This document shows positions 27,340 through 37,748 of a stretch of DNA of 64,000 bases, one piece after another. This DNA is from Planctomycetaceae bacterium (GTDB lineage: Bacteria; Planctomycetota; Planctomycetia; Pirellulales; UBA1268), in contig JBEIQP010000001.1 of the NCBI GenBank assembly GCA_040376455.1, positions 15-64,014 on the forward strand, in the 5' to 3' direction. Both the position numbers and the translations under genes were made by a program. The notes beneath the pieces are model-generated. The model was not told where the DNA came from, made no database searches, and saw only the letters and a list, made by a program, of their open reading frames with translations. The stretch's first letter is position 1; each line of letters starts with the position of its first letter.

Positions 27340-29352
27340 GTGGCCTCTGCGACGCTCGCCGAACTCGATGACCGCACCGTGCCGGCCCCGCAACTGAAGT
27401 GGTCGCTGCGGGCCCAGATCGCGGCCACGCTGCTCGGTGGAACCCTGCTGGTCTGCTCGCTGATCGCGGGCTGGCTCTGGAAGCAGCCCTTCTTCGCCGC
27501 GGTGCCGGCGGTGCTCGCGGTGGCCCTGCTCGGCGGCCCCTTGATCATGGCGGCCCTGCGCGACCTGCTGCAGGGCCGGGCCGGACTCAACGCCCTGGTC
27601 GCGCTGGCGGTGATCGGCGCCATGGCCACCGGCAATTACCTGGAGAGCGCCGCCGTGGCGTTTTTCATGATCGTTTCCTCGCTGATCGAGAAGCGCACGG
27701 CGGCCGGCGCGGAGGCGAGCATCGAATCGCTGATCCGGCTGGCGCCGACCAAGGCGAGCCGGCTGGTCCGCGGCGGCGCGGGCGACCGCGGCGTGGCGGA
27801 GGAGGAGTGGGTAGAGGCGACCGCCTTGCGGCCGGGCGACTTCGTCCGCGTGCGGCCGGGCGACACGATCCCGGCGGACGGACGCGTCGCGCAGGGTGCC
27901 AGCACGGTAAACCAGGCCAGCGTGACGGGCGAATCGGTGCCGGCCGAGAAGGCCGTCGGCGACGACGTGTACGGCGGCACGATCAACCTCACCGGCCTGC
28001 TCGACATCGAGGTCATGAAGGCGGGCGCCGACACGCTCCTCGGCAGGGTCAAGGACCTGATCCTCGAGGCGGAGCGGACCCGCACCCCGATCATGCGGCT
28101 GATCGACCAGTACGCCGCCTGGTACACGCCCACGATCCTCATGCTCGTCGGCGTGGTGCTGTTTTTCGCCCTCAAGAACAATCCCGAGACGGCCTTCAAT
28201 CGCGCGATCGCGATGCTCGTGATCGCCTGCCCCAGCGCCCTGATCCTCGCCACGCCCACGGCGATGGTCGCGGGACTGTCCGCGGCGGCCCGGCTCGGCG
28301 TCCTGATCAAGAGCGTGGCCACGCTCGAGGCGGCCCGGAGCCTCTCGGCGATCGTCTTCGACAAGACCGGCACGCTCACGACCGGCGTGCTGGCGGTCAC
28401 CAGATTGGCGCCGGCCGAGGGCGTCGAGCCGGCCGACCTGCTCGCCGCGGCCGCGGCGGCCGAGCAGAACAGCCGGCACCCCGTAGCCCGGGCCGTCACC
28501 GACATGGCCCGGCGGACCCGCGTGCCGCTGGCCGAGCCGGAGCATTTCGAGGAGGTGGCCGGCCGCGGTGTGATCGCCCGGTTCGCCGACGGGTCCGAGG
28601 TGCTCGTGGGACGCGCGTCGTGGATTCCCGGCGCCGCCCGGGATGGGGCGCTGATCGACCCCGCCGCCCTCGAGGCGATCCAGTCGTCGTCCGAGGCCGA
28701 CGGCCTGTCGGTGCTCCACGTCGTTCGCGACGGCCGGCCGATCGGCTGGATCGGCCTGGAGGACAACGCCCGGCCCGAGGCGGCCGGCGCGGTGGACCGG
28801 CTGCGCGGGATGGGCATCGGCCGCCTGGTGCTCCTGACGGGCGACCGCACGAGCGTCGCCCGGCGCGTGGCCGGGCAGATGCACTTCGACGAGTTCAAGG
28901 CGGAGGTCCTGCCGCACGAGAAGCTGGAGATGGTCGACGCGCTCAAGCGGGTCGGCCACCGGGTCGCGGTGATCGGCGACGGCGTCAACGACGCGCCCGC
29001 CCTGGCGGCCGGCGACGTCTCGATCGCCATGGGCGCGGCGGGCAGCGACGTGGCCATCCACTCCGCGAGCATCGCGCTGCTCAACAGCAACCTCGACCGG
29101 ATCCCGTTTCTCATCGACCTCTCGCGCCGCACGATCTCGGTCATCCGGCAGAACATGGCGATCGGCGCGCTGTTCATCATCGTGTTCATGTCGCTGGCGG
29201 GTGCGGGGCTGGTGTCGCCCGTGCTCGCCGCGGTGCTGCACGTCGTCAGCGGCCTCGCCGTCGTCTTCAATTCCGCCCGGCTCGTGCGGTGCGGCGAAGA
29301 GATCGAGCAGATCGAGGCCGGCCTCGCCACGGACCGCTCCGCCCGCGGCTAG
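27340..29352 (+). CDS. P1B-type heavy-metal-translocating ATPase without an N-terminal metal-binding domain
   Basis: GTG start. TGESVP, membrane motif ACPSALILATPTA (CPS), DKTGTLT, GDGVNDAPALAAGDVSIAMG. No GMxCxxC or His-rich N-terminus is visible. Confidence 0.88.
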   Translation: MASATLAELDDRTVPAPQLKWSLRAQIAATLLGGTLLVCSLIAGWLWKQPFFAAVPAVLAVALLGGPLIMAALRDLLQGRAGLNALVALAVIGAMATGNYLESAAVAFFMIVSSLIEKRTAAGAEASIESLIRLAPTKASRLVRGGAGDRGVAEEEWVEATALRPGDFVRVRPGDTIPADGRVAQGASTVNQASVTGESVPAEKAVGDDVYGGTINLTGLLDIEVMKAGADTLLGRVKDLILEAERTRTPIMRLIDQYAAWYTPTILMLVGVVLFFALKNNPETAFNRAIAMLVIACPSALILATPTAMVAGLSAAARLGVLIKSVATLEAARSLSAIVFDKTGTLTTGVLAVTRLAPAEGVEPADLLAAAAAAEQNSRHPVARAVTDMARRTRVPLAEPEHFEEVAGRGVIARFADGSEVLVGRASWIPGAARDGALIDPAALEAIQSSSEADGLSVLHVVRDGRPIGWIGLEDNARPEAAGAVDRLRGMGIGRLVLLTGDRTSVARRVAGQMHFDEFKAEVLPHEKLEMVDALKRVGHRVAVIGDGVNDAPALAAGDVSIAMGAAGSDVAIHSASIALLNSNLDRIPFLIDLSRRTISVIRQNMAIGALFIIVFMSLAGAGLVSPVLAAVLHVVSGLAVVFNSARLVRCGEEIEQIEAGLATDRSARG

Positions 29353-29358
29353 CTGTCC

Positions 29359-29389
29359 GTGGAAAAAGTCATCCCTGCCCTTTTTCCAC
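29359..29389 (+). terminator. Hairpin 7 nt after the ATPase stop codon
   Basis: Perfect 10-bp inverted repeat GTGGAAAAAG / CTTTTTCCAC with an 11-nt loop. No clean U-tract follows. Confidence 0.4.
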
Positions 29390-29551
29390 TTGATCAACCG
29401 CAGGAAACGCCGAGGGTTTCCTGGGTCGATGGCCTTCGCATCCTGCTCGGGCAGACTTGTTCCACAGTCTGCGAGCGGCCGGTGGCGCCAGGCCTCCCGG
29501 ACCCGTTTCCGTGCGCCGCTTCGGGCGGCGGCAGACGGGTTTCACCGTCCG

Positions 29552-30517
29552 CTACCCCACGTCGCGGAACTGGAAGAGCAGCACCGCGAGGCTGATGGCG
29601 GCCGTCACGAGCGCCGCCGCATAGAGGCTGATCCAGCCAAGGTGCCAGACGGGGATGGGGCTGCCCTGCGTGAGCGCGTCGGCGGGCCAAAACACCTGCA
29701 GATTGGGCACGAGGGCCGACAGCGCCGGCAGGATCGCCGACCCCGCCAGGGTCGCCGAGAGCACGTTCTCGGCCACCAGGCCGACGAGAAACACGCCGCT
29801 GCAGACGAGCAAGGTCGCGATCCGCCCCAGCCGCGTGGAGGCCGCGACCGCGACGGCGGCGAGCACGACGATCGCCTCGAACACCATCACGAGCCCGATC
29901 GTGAGTTGCGGATTGAAGTCCACCGCCGGGCTCTGCAGCGTCCACGAGCGGCTCACGCAGGAGACGATCCCCCAGGTGACCGTGGCCGCCGCGGCGGCCA
30001 CGACGGAAAAGGTCGAGGGGAAGGGCTGGCGGTAGAGGTAGTTGGCGAGGCCGGAAGCGAGGAACGTGAGGACCACGGCCAGGATGCCGAAGGCGAGCAC
30101 GGGGCCGTCGTAGGTGTCTTCGACCCGCACGCTCGACTGCACCCGGTGGCGGACCGTGAGCAGAAACACGACCGCCAGCAGCCAGTAGGCGGTGGCGATG
30201 GCGGCCACGACGCCGAGAAACTTCCCCCACACGACCACCCAGCGGGCGACCGGCTTGCTCACCACGGTCACCACGGTCCGGTTCTCGATCTCGCGGGACA
30301 ACGTGCTCGTGGCCGTGAAGGCCGCCAGGAGCATCCCTGTCAGAAAGAGGGTGCTGAGGCCCAGATCGACGAGCAGTTTGTTGTCGTCCTCCAGCGTGTA
30401 GGCTGCGACGTTGACGTTGAGCAGGAGCGCCAGGAGCGCCGCGCAGACCAGGACCGCATGGACCGGCTGGCGGATCGACTCCAGGAACGCGTTTCGTGCG
30501 ATGGTGAAAATAGGCAT
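29552..30517 (-). CDS. ABC-2-type transporter permease
   Basis: 321-aa polytopic protein with MPIFTIARNAFLESIRQP and SREIENRTVVTVVSKPVARWVVVWGKFLG. It is paralogous to the motif in the permease at 36030. Confidence 0.7.
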   Translation of the reverse strand: MPIFTIARNAFLESIRQPVHAVLVCAALLALLLNVNVAAYTLEDDNKLLVDLGLSTLFLTGMLLAAFTATSTLSREIENRTVVTVVSKPVARWVVVWGKFLGVVAAIATAYWLLAVVFLLTVRHRVQSSVRVEDTYDGPVLAFGILAVVLTFLASGLANYLYRQPFPSTFSVVAAAAATVTWGIVSCVSRSWTLQSPAVDFNPQLTIGLVMVFEAIVVLAAVAVAASTRLGRIATLLVCSGVFLVGLVAENVLSATLAGSAILPALSALVPNLQVFWPADALTQGSPIPVWHLGWISLYAAALVTAAISLAVLLFQFRDVG

Positions 30518-30616
30518 TTCCCCCGAATGCTACCCCATGCATTGTGAAAATCGTGTGTGGGTGCGCACGGGGCGGTGGGGCTGCGTAAAATCGGAATTCC
30601 CGGGTGGAACCCAGCC

Positions 30617-32677
30617 ATGAACACTGCACTACGCACCACGCAACTCCCCACCTCCGGTCCCGGCGACCGGCTCGCGTACCGGCGGGCCGCCACCGCCGCC
30701 GGCGTCGGGCTGGCGATCCAGATCGCGCTGCTGCTGGCCACGGGCGGGGCGGCCCTCTGGGCCGATCACGGGGCGCTCTACGCCGCGGTCTGGCACATGC
30801 TCGGGGGCATCCCGATCTGGATCGTGCTCGTGCTCCTCTATCACCAGCACGAGCGGGACCGTTCCCAGCGACTGGCCGCCGAAAAGTTGGCCGCGGAGCC
30901 AACCGCGACGGCGGCGATCTTCGGCGGCTTGGACGACGACCTCGAGGCGAGCCGGTTGCGGCTCGATCGGCTCTACCGCTACGGGCTGCCCCTGGTGAGC
31001 ATGCTCGTGGCGGCCTACCTGATCGTCGCCGGAGCCGCGCTGCTCTACGCGCGGTTCCGGGCCGGCGTGCCGGCGGCGCTGGCCGGCCGCGTGAATCCGG
31101 TCGGCCTGCTGTTCGTGATGGGCGGCATCGCGTTCGTCGCGTTCGTCGGGGGCCGCTGGCTGGCGGGCTACGCCCGGCAGCGGGACTGGCAGCTCCTGCG
31201 CGGCGGCGCCAGCTACCTGATGAGCTGCTTCGTCGTGGCGGCGCTCGTGTTCGTCGGCGTCGCGGTGGTGGCCCTGACCGACCAGGCCGGCCTCTTCGAC
31301 GCGATGGCGATCGTCATCCCCGGCGTGATGCTCGCCGTCGGCATCGAGATCCTGGCGACCTCGCTCCTCGAGTCGTACCGGCCCCGGGTGCCGGGCGAGA
31401 TCCCCCGGCCCGCGTTCGACAGTCGCGTTCTCGGTCTGCTGACGGCGCCGGGATCGCTCGGCACCGTCATCGCCGACCTGATCAGTTACCAGTTCGGCGT
31501 CGAGGTGTCGCGGAGCTGGCTCTACCGCCTGCTCGGCAAGGCGGTCACGCCCCTGACCCTCTTCGGGGCGGGCGTGCTGCTGGCCCTGAGCTGCGCGACC
31601 ATCGTGGGGCCCGACGAGCGCGGCGTGGTGCTGCGCTGGGGGGAGACGCGGGGCGAGCCGCTCGCGCCGGGGCTCCATCTGAAGATGCCGTGGCCGGTCG
31701 AGAGCGTGGAGATGCATCCGGTGGGCCAGGTGCAGGAGATCGTGGTGTCGAGCGACCTCACCGGCCGCTCGCAGGAGGCGGCGGCCATCCTCTGGACGAA
31801 CGACAGCGACCGCGATTCGATGATCGGCCAGGAGGATTTCGTGGCGGCGCCGGCGGCCGACGGGGGGGGCGTCGCGCTCGTCTCGGCGGACGTGAACGTG
31901 CAGTACTGCGTGGGCGATCTCAGCCGCTTCCTGGCCGGCTCGGCCGATCCGCAAAAGACGCTCGCCCTGGTGGCCCAGCGGGAGGCGTCGCGGTATTTCG
32001 CGACCCACGACATCGACACGCTCCTGGGACGCGGCCGCACGGAGGGGGGCGGCCTGCTCCGCACCGCGATCCAGGACGAGGCGGACCGCATCGGCCTGGG
32101 CATCGACGTGGTCGGCGTGGCCGTCACGTCGCTCCACCCGCCGATCGGCAAGGTATCCCGCGCGTTCCACGCCCAGATCGGCGCCATGCAGGAGCGGGAG
32201 ACGAGGATCCAGCAGGCCCGCAAGGAGGCCGTGGAGAAGCTCGCCCGTGTGGCCGGCTCGGTCGAACTGAGCCAGCGCATCGACGCCGACATTCGCAGCC
32301 TCGATGCCCTGCGGACCTCCGGCGACGGCGGGCCGGGCAGCGGCGATCCGGCGCAGCTGGCCGCCGTCAACCAGCGGATCGACACCCTGCTGTCGGAGGC
32401 CCGCGGCGAAGCGGCCGAGATCCTCCACGCCGCCCGGGCCTACCGCTGGAGCCGCGCCGTCGGGGAGCGAGCCGAGGGGGAGCGGTTCTCCGGCGAACTG
32501 CTCGCCTTCGAGGCGTCGCCCGACTACTACCGCACGCGGCGGTTCCTCGAGGTGCTCGCCACCGGGCTCTCTGACCGCCGCAAGTTCGTGATCGCGGGCG
32601 ATGCCGGCGACACGCCGGTCTTCCGCATGGACTTCAGCGACCCCGCGTCGGCGATCGACACCCTCCTCACCGAGTGA
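30617..32677 (+). CDS. Polytopic membrane protein fused to a C-terminal SPFH/band-7 (HflK/C-like) domain
   Basis: About 330 aa of hydrophobic helices, then IVGPDERGVVLRWGETRGEPLAPGLHLKMPWPVESVEMH...NVQYCVGD...SRAFHAQIGAMQERETRIQQA. Confidence 0.75.
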   Translation: MNTALRTTQLPTSGPGDRLAYRRAATAAGVGLAIQIALLLATGGAALWADHGALYAAVWHMLGGIPIWIVLVLLYHQHERDRSQRLAAEKLAAEPTATAAIFGGLDDDLEASRLRLDRLYRYGLPLVSMLVAAYLIVAGAALLYARFRAGVPAALAGRVNPVGLLFVMGGIAFVAFVGGRWLAGYARQRDWQLLRGGASYLMSCFVVAALVFVGVAVVALTDQAGLFDAMAIVIPGVMLAVGIEILATSLLESYRPRVPGEIPRPAFDSRVLGLLTAPGSLGTVIADLISYQFGVEVSRSWLYRLLGKAVTPLTLFGAGVLLALSCATIVGPDERGVVLRWGETRGEPLAPGLHLKMPWPVESVEMHPVGQVQEIVVSSDLTGRSQEAAAILWTNDSDRDSMIGQEDFVAAPAADGGGVALVSADVNVQYCVGDLSRFLAGSADPQKTLALVAQREASRYFATHDIDTLLGRGRTEGGGLLRTAIQDEADRIGLGIDVVGVAVTSLHPPIGKVSRAFHAQIGAMQERETRIQQARKEAVEKLARVAGSVELSQRIDADIRSLDALRTSGDGGPGSGDPAQLAAVNQRIDTLLSEARGEAAEILHAARAYRWSRAVGERAEGERFSGELLAFEASPDYYRTRRFLEVLATGLSDRRKFVIAGDAGDTPVFRMDFSDPASAIDTLLTE

Positions 32678-32721
32678 TTCCCAGCTCCGCCGGAGGCCCG
32701 AGCGGCTTCCGCATCCCAACC

Positions 32722-33657
32722 ATGAAAAATTCCTTCGTCCTGCTCGTCGGCCTGATCATCGTCGGCGTGCTGCTGTCCCACATGTTTCTCTATCAGGTCC
32801 GCTACGACCAGGTCGCGGTGCGGACCACGTTCGACAAGGCGGAAGAGGCGAGCGTGCAGGACAGTCCGGGGCTGAAGTGGCGATGGCCGTGGCCCGTCAA
32901 CAAGGTCACGCTCTATCCCCGCCGACTGCAACTGCTCGAGGACAAGATCGAGGAACTGCAGACCGCCGACGGCAAGAGTGTGATCGTGCGGACCTACCTG
33001 ACCTGGCGGATCGTCGATCCGCTCAAGTTCTACATCACGCTCAAGGATCCCTCGGAGGCCGCGCGGAAGCTGTCATCGCGGCTCCGCGAGGTGCGCGGCC
33101 TGATCAGCGGCCACCGCTTCGACGAGCTCGTCAACCTGGATCGCTCCAAGCTCAAGCTCGACCAGATCGAGGGCGACGCGGTCACGATGCTCGACCAGGC
33201 GATGAAGGAGGCGGGCTACGGCATCAAGGTGGAGAGCGTCGGCATCCACAAGATCATCCTTCCCGAGTCCACCACGGAGAAGGTGTTCGAGACGATGATC
33301 GCGTCGCGGGAGCGGCTCGCGGAGAACGCCCTGCAGGAGGGGCAGGCGCAGGCGTCGGCCATCCGCAGCGAGGCGACCAGCGCCCGCGACCGGATCGTCG
33401 CCTTCGCCGAACGGCGGGCCCAGGCCATCCGCGCCCAGGGGGACCGCGAGGCCTCGGTGCAGTACCAGAGCTTCGCGAAGAACGAGGAGTTCGCGATCTT
33501 CCTCCGCAAGGTCGAGGCGCTGAAGAAGATGCTCGACCACAACACCACCTTCGTGCTCTCGGCCGAGAGCCTCGGCATCCTCGACTGGTTCAACAAGGAT
33601 CCCGCCCAGAACCCCGCCCGAGCCGCGCAGCCCGCGGCCGCCCCCACGAGCCCATGA
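32722..33657 (+). CDS. SPFH/band-7 protein, HflC-like
   Basis: N-terminal TM MKNSFVLLVGLIIVGVLL, then YQVRYDQVAVRTTF...PGLKWRWPWPVNKVTLY...TYLTWRIVDPLKFY...ERLAENALQEGQAQASAIRSEA. Confidence 0.85.
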   Translation: MKNSFVLLVGLIIVGVLLSHMFLYQVRYDQVAVRTTFDKAEEASVQDSPGLKWRWPWPVNKVTLYPRRLQLLEDKIEELQTADGKSVIVRTYLTWRIVDPLKFYITLKDPSEAARKLSSRLREVRGLISGHRFDELVNLDRSKLKLDQIEGDAVTMLDQAMKEAGYGIKVESVGIHKIILPESTTEKVFETMIASRERLAENALQEGQAQASAIRSEATSARDRIVAFAERRAQAIRAQGDREASVQYQSFAKNEEFAIFLRKVEALKKMLDHNTTFVLSAESLGILDWFNKDPAQNPARAAQPAAAPTSP

Positions 33658-34940
33658 CCGACCCCAGCCCCCACGATCCGGCGCACCGCGACGACGACAT
33701 CCGCGTGGCCGGTGCCGTCGCCGACCCCGCCCAGCAGTCGCTGGCGGAGGCGCTGCGCGTCAGTTTCGCGATCCTCAAGATCGCCATGGCGGCGCTGCTC
33801 GTCGCGTATGCCTTGAGCGGCACCTTCAGCGTCGGCTCCAACGAGGCGGCCTTGCGGCTGCGGTTCGGCGACTACGTCGGCGATTCCGGCAGCCGTGTCC
33901 TCGAGCGGGGCACCTACCTCGCCGCGCCGTTCCCGATCGAGGAGATCGTCAAGGTCGACACCCGGCCGGTCACGCTCACGCTCGACAAGGAATTCTGGTT
34001 CGAGACGACCGCCGAGGAGAGCGGGCTGTCGCGCGGCCGCCTCCAGGCCCTCAAGGCGGGGCCGCTGCATCCGCTTCGCGACGGGTCGCTGATCACGGGA
34101 GACTCCAACATCGCCCACGCCAAGTGGTCGATCACCTGGCGGATCGCCGATCCGGTCGCCTACCTCACCAACGTCGGCAATCCGCGGCTGGCCGCCGACC
34201 TCGTCCGGCTGGTCGCCCAGCAGGGCATCGTGCACACGTCGGCCCAGCTCTCCGCCGACGAGCTGCTGCGGGGCGTCGTCGATCGCGAGTTGGCGGTCGG
34301 GGCGATGCAGCGGCGGCTCGACGACATGAGCAACGGCCTGGTGGTGGATCAGCTGACGCTCGACAAGGTGTCGGCGCCGATGCGGGTGGCGGGCAGTTTC
34401 GACGCCGTCACCACCGCCGAGAGCGACCGCGCCGGGCGGATCGTGGCGGCCCAGCAGGAGCGGTCCCGGATTCTCGGCGAGACGGCGGGCGAGGCCAGCA
34501 CCGCGTTGCTCGGCCTGATCGTCGCCCACGAGCAGGCCTCGGAGCGCGGCGACACCGCGGCCGCGGCCGCGGCCGAACAGCGAATCGAAGCGGCCTTGGC
34601 CGACCTGCGGACCGACGACCGGGCCGTCGGGGGCGACGTGGCGCGGATCATCAACGCGGCCAAGGCCTATCGCACGCAGATCGTGGAGAAGGTGGCCGGC
34701 GAGGCGCAGACGTTCGAGCAGCTCCTGCCGCAGTACCAGCGGAATCCGCGGCTCGTGCTGTCGAAGCTCTGGGAGGACGCCCGCGAGGCGATCCTGACCG
34801 GCGACGACGTCGAAACCTTCTACACCGTTCCCGGCCAGCTCGAACTGCAGCTCAACCGCGATCCGGCCCTGCAGAAGGAGCGGCAGAAAGAGCAGCTCAA
34901 GTCGCGCAAGCAGGAGCAGAAGGACCGCTCCGGCCGCTGA
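33654..34940 (+). CDS. SPFH/band-7 protein, HflK-like
   Basis: The ATG overlaps the upstream stop (ATGA). TM FAILKIAMAALLVAYAL, then VGSNEAALRLRFGDY...YLAAPFPIEEIVKVDTRP...HAKWSITWRIADPVAY and a coiled-coil tail. Confidence 0.8.
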   Translation: MTDPSPHDPAHRDDDIRVAGAVADPAQQSLAEALRVSFAILKIAMAALLVAYALSGTFSVGSNEAALRLRFGDYVGDSGSRVLERGTYLAAPFPIEEIVKVDTRPVTLTLDKEFWFETTAEESGLSRGRLQALKAGPLHPLRDGSLITGDSNIAHAKWSITWRIADPVAYLTNVGNPRLAADLVRLVAQQGIVHTSAQLSADELLRGVVDRELAVGAMQRRLDDMSNGLVVDQLTLDKVSAPMRVAGSFDAVTTAESDRAGRIVAAQQERSRILGETAGEASTALLGLIVAHEQASERGDTAAAAAAEQRIEAALADLRTDDRAVGGDVARIINAAKAYRTQIVEKVAGEAQTFEQLLPQYQRNPRLVLSKLWEDAREAILTGDDVETFYTVPGQLELQLNRDPALQKERQKEQLKSRKQEQKDRSGR

Positions 34941-34991
34941 CGGCCCGCGATCGACGTTTCCCATCCCCTCACCCCTGTTCGGGAGTGGCCC

Positions 34992-36011
34992 TTGGTTGCA
35001 GCACGGCAGGTAGGCGAGATCGACATCGCCTGCATCGGCGTCACGAAGACGTTTCGCGATTTCTGGATGCGGCCGCGGGTGCGGGCCGTGGAGGGGGTGA
35101 ACCTGGAGGTTCGCCGCGGGCAGGTCTACGGGCTCCTCGGGCCGAACGGCTCCGGCAAGAGCACGACGATCAAGATGCTCCTCGGGCTCCTCCAGCCGAC
35201 GGCGGGGCGGATCGCGATCCTGGGCAAGCGGCCCCGGGACGTGGCGACGAAGCGTTTGATCGGCTACCTGCCCGAGGAATCGTACCTCTACCGGTTTTTG
35301 AGCGGCCGCGAGACGCTCGACTACTACGGCCGGTTGTTCCGTCTCGACCGCCGCGCGCGGCGCGAGCGCATCGACATGCTCCTGGAGATGGTGGGGCTCG
35401 AGGCGGTGCAGCACCGGCCCGTGGGGGAATATTCCAAGGGCATGCAGCGGCGGATCGGCCTGGCGCAAAGCCTGATCAACGATCCGCAGCTGCTGATCCT
35501 CGACGAGCCCACCAGCGGCATGGATCCGGTCGGCTCCCGGCAGATCAAGGACCTGATCGCGACGCTGGCGCGGCGCGGCAAGACCGTTCTCCTCTGCTCT
35601 CACCTGCTGGGCGACGTGGAGGATCTCTGCGATCGCGTCGCGATCATGTACGGCGGCAAGGTGCGGGCGGAGGGCACCTGCGCCGAGCTGCTCACGCAGG
35701 AGCACGCCACGATCCTCGAAACCCCCGACCTGCCGGAGTCGGTGGTCGCCGAGGTGCGGGGCGTGCTCGAGCGGCACGACCTGGCGATCACGCGGGTCGC
35801 GCATCCACGGCGGTCGCTCGAGAGCCTGTTCCTCGAGATTGTCGAAAAGGCCCGCGCCGAGGGGGTCAAGACCTCCGGGGCGGCGGCCGGCGGCCCGGTC
35901 GCCGACTTCCTCGCCACCGGCCAGGCGGCCGGCGGCCCACAGGCCCAGCCGGCCGAGACCCCCGCCGCGGCCGTCGATACCGGCCTCATCGACCAGCTCA
36001 CCCGCCGCTAA
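34992..36011 (+). CDS. ABC transporter ATP-binding protein
   Basis: TTG start in the ORF track. Walker A GPNGSGKST, signature YSKGMQRR, Walker B LLILDEPTSGMD, H-loop CSHLL. Confidence 0.9.
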   Translation: MVAARQVGEIDIACIGVTKTFRDFWMRPRVRAVEGVNLEVRRGQVYGLLGPNGSGKSTTIKMLLGLLQPTAGRIAILGKRPRDVATKRLIGYLPEESYLYRFLSGRETLDYYGRLFRLDRRARRERIDMLLEMVGLEAVQHRPVGEYSKGMQRRIGLAQSLINDPQLLILDEPTSGMDPVGSRQIKDLIATLARRGKTVLLCSHLLGDVEDLCDRVAIMYGGKVRAEGTCAELLTQEHATILETPDLPESVVAEVRGVLERHDLAITRVAHPRRSLESLFLEIVEKARAEGVKTSGAAAGGPVADFLATGQAAGGPQAQPAETPAAAVDTGLIDQLTRR

Positions 36012-36029
36012 GGCCCCTCGCGCCTCCGC

Positions 36030-37727
36030 ATGATCCCCGCCACCACACCCCCGAAGCCCTTGGACGCCGAGCCGATTCCTGCCGGCCGTGGCCGCCGGAT
36101 GTGGTGGCCCGCGGTCCTCGTCGGGACGGCCGCGGTCGCGGCCGGGCTCTGGGCGGGGGGCCGTCCCGCCGCCGCGACGGCCGTGCTGGGCGGCTGGGCA
36201 CTGGTCGTCGGCTTTCTGCTCGGCGTCGCCGCCCTGCGGGTGCTGCTCCAGGCGGGGAACGGCGTGGTGGGCGTGGCCCGGGCGATGGTCGACGAGGCCC
36301 TCGGCTCGCGGTTGCCGATCCTGCTCGTGATGCTCGTCGTCGCCTGGCTGCCAGTGCTGCCGCTGGTGCTCGACCCGGCCGAGCGGCTCGAATACCGGCT
36401 CCAGTTCTTCCTCAACTGGTCGCTCTCGGGGGCGAGTTTCCTGCTCGCGCTGGTCACCATCGTCCTCGCCTGCGGCAGTCTCTGCGGCGACATCGACAGC
36501 CAGCGGATTCACATGGCGCTCGTGAAGCCGATCCAGCGCTGGCAGTACCTGCTCGGCAAGTGGCTGGGGATCGTGCTCTTCGACGGGCTGCTCGTCGCCC
36601 TGGCCGGCATCGGCGTCTACGCCGGGGCCCAGGCGCTCAGGCTCATGCCGGAGGCCGACGCCGCCGACCGCCGCGCGGTCGACGAGCAGGTGTTCACGGC
36701 CCGGTCCACCGCCCGCCCGGTCCACCCGCGCGGAAAGGATTTCGAGGCGGACGTGACCGCGGCGATCGACCGGTTCCGCGCGGACGACCCGGCGGCCTTC
36801 GCCCGCGATCCGGCCGGGGCCCGGAAGCGGATTCTCGCGCAACACGTGCTCGAATGGCACACCGTGCCGGCGGACGTCGTCGCCAGCTACCTGTTCACCG
36901 GCCTCGAGCCGGCCCGCCATCGTTCCAAGGTCGTGCAGTTGCGGCTCAAGCCGTTCGCCGACAACGTGGGCATCGACCGGGCCGAGGTCCGCTTCGCGCT
37001 CTGGGTCAACGAACGCCCCTATCCGTCCCGCAACGGCCAGCACGAGACGTTCACGCTGCCGAGCGGTTCCTTCCACACGATCGACATCCCGACGTCGTTG
37101 ATCGACGAGCAGGGCACCCTCCGGATCGCGATCGCGAACCGCAACCTCGTCCCGCCGGGCGAGACCAAGCCGACGAGCATCTCGTTCTCGCCGGGCAAGG
37201 GCCTCGAGGTGCTCTCCCGCGCCGGCTCGTTCGAGGGCAACTTCCTGCGCGGCCTGGGCACGATGTGGGCGAAGCTCGGGATGCTCGCCGCGGCGGCGCT
37301 GGCCGCCGCCAGCTGGCTCGGCTTTCCGATCGCCGTGCTCACCAGCCTCATGATCTACATCTCGGCCGTCGCCCGCGGGTTTCTGGCCGACGCCATCGAC
37401 ATCTACACCGGTGCGGATCGCGGCGACACCACGCTCACTTCAATGGTTCGCCTCCGGATGGGCCTCTTGCTCGAACGGCTCGACAAGCTCGAGCTCTGGG
37501 ACGCCTGCAAGACGGTCGGTGCGTTCGCGGCCGATGCCTTCCTGTCGCTGGTGCCGTCGTTCGGCGCCCATGACGGGGTGACGGAGGTGGCGACCGGCCG
37601 GCTCCTGTCGCTGCCCCAGTTTCTGGTGAGCCTCGGGGAGCTCGGCCTGCTCTATCCGCTGGCGCTGCTCGCCTTGGGGTGGGTCCTGCTCGAGCGCCGC
37701 GATCTGGTCAACGTCTCGGGATCCTGA
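36030..37727 (+). CDS. Large ABC-2-like permease / membrane protein (565 aa)
   Basis: Multiple hydrophobic helices. DIDSQRIHMALVKPIQRWQYLLGKWLG parallels the permease at 29552. A large soluble loop separates the TM blocks. Confidence 0.7.
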   Translation: MIPATTPPKPLDAEPIPAGRGRRMWWPAVLVGTAAVAAGLWAGGRPAAATAVLGGWALVVGFLLGVAALRVLLQAGNGVVGVARAMVDEALGSRLPILLVMLVVAWLPVLPLVLDPAERLEYRLQFFLNWSLSGASFLLALVTIVLACGSLCGDIDSQRIHMALVKPIQRWQYLLGKWLGIVLFDGLLVALAGIGVYAGAQALRLMPEADAADRRAVDEQVFTARSTARPVHPRGKDFEADVTAAIDRFRADDPAAFARDPAGARKRILAQHVLEWHTVPADVVASYLFTGLEPARHRSKVVQLRLKPFADNVGIDRAEVRFALWVNERPYPSRNGQHETFTLPSGSFHTIDIPTSLIDEQGTLRIAIANRNLVPPGETKPTSISFSPGKGLEVLSRAGSFEGNFLRGLGTMWAKLGMLAAAALAAASWLGFPIAVLTSLMIYISAVARGFLADAIDIYTGADRGDTTLTSMVRLRMGLLLERLDKLELWDACKTVGAFAADAFLSLVPSFGAHDGVTEVATGRLLSLPQFLVSLGELGLLYPLALLALGWVLLERRDLVNVSGS

Positions 37728-37748
37728 GTTCGCCGGACATTTGTCGCC

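Noticed and set aside
33216-37076. 1286-aa minus-strand ORF
   Set aside because: It is antisense to the SPFH/ABC operon genes, which have clear motifs. Its composition is Arg/Gly/Pro-rich and no domain is recognisable.
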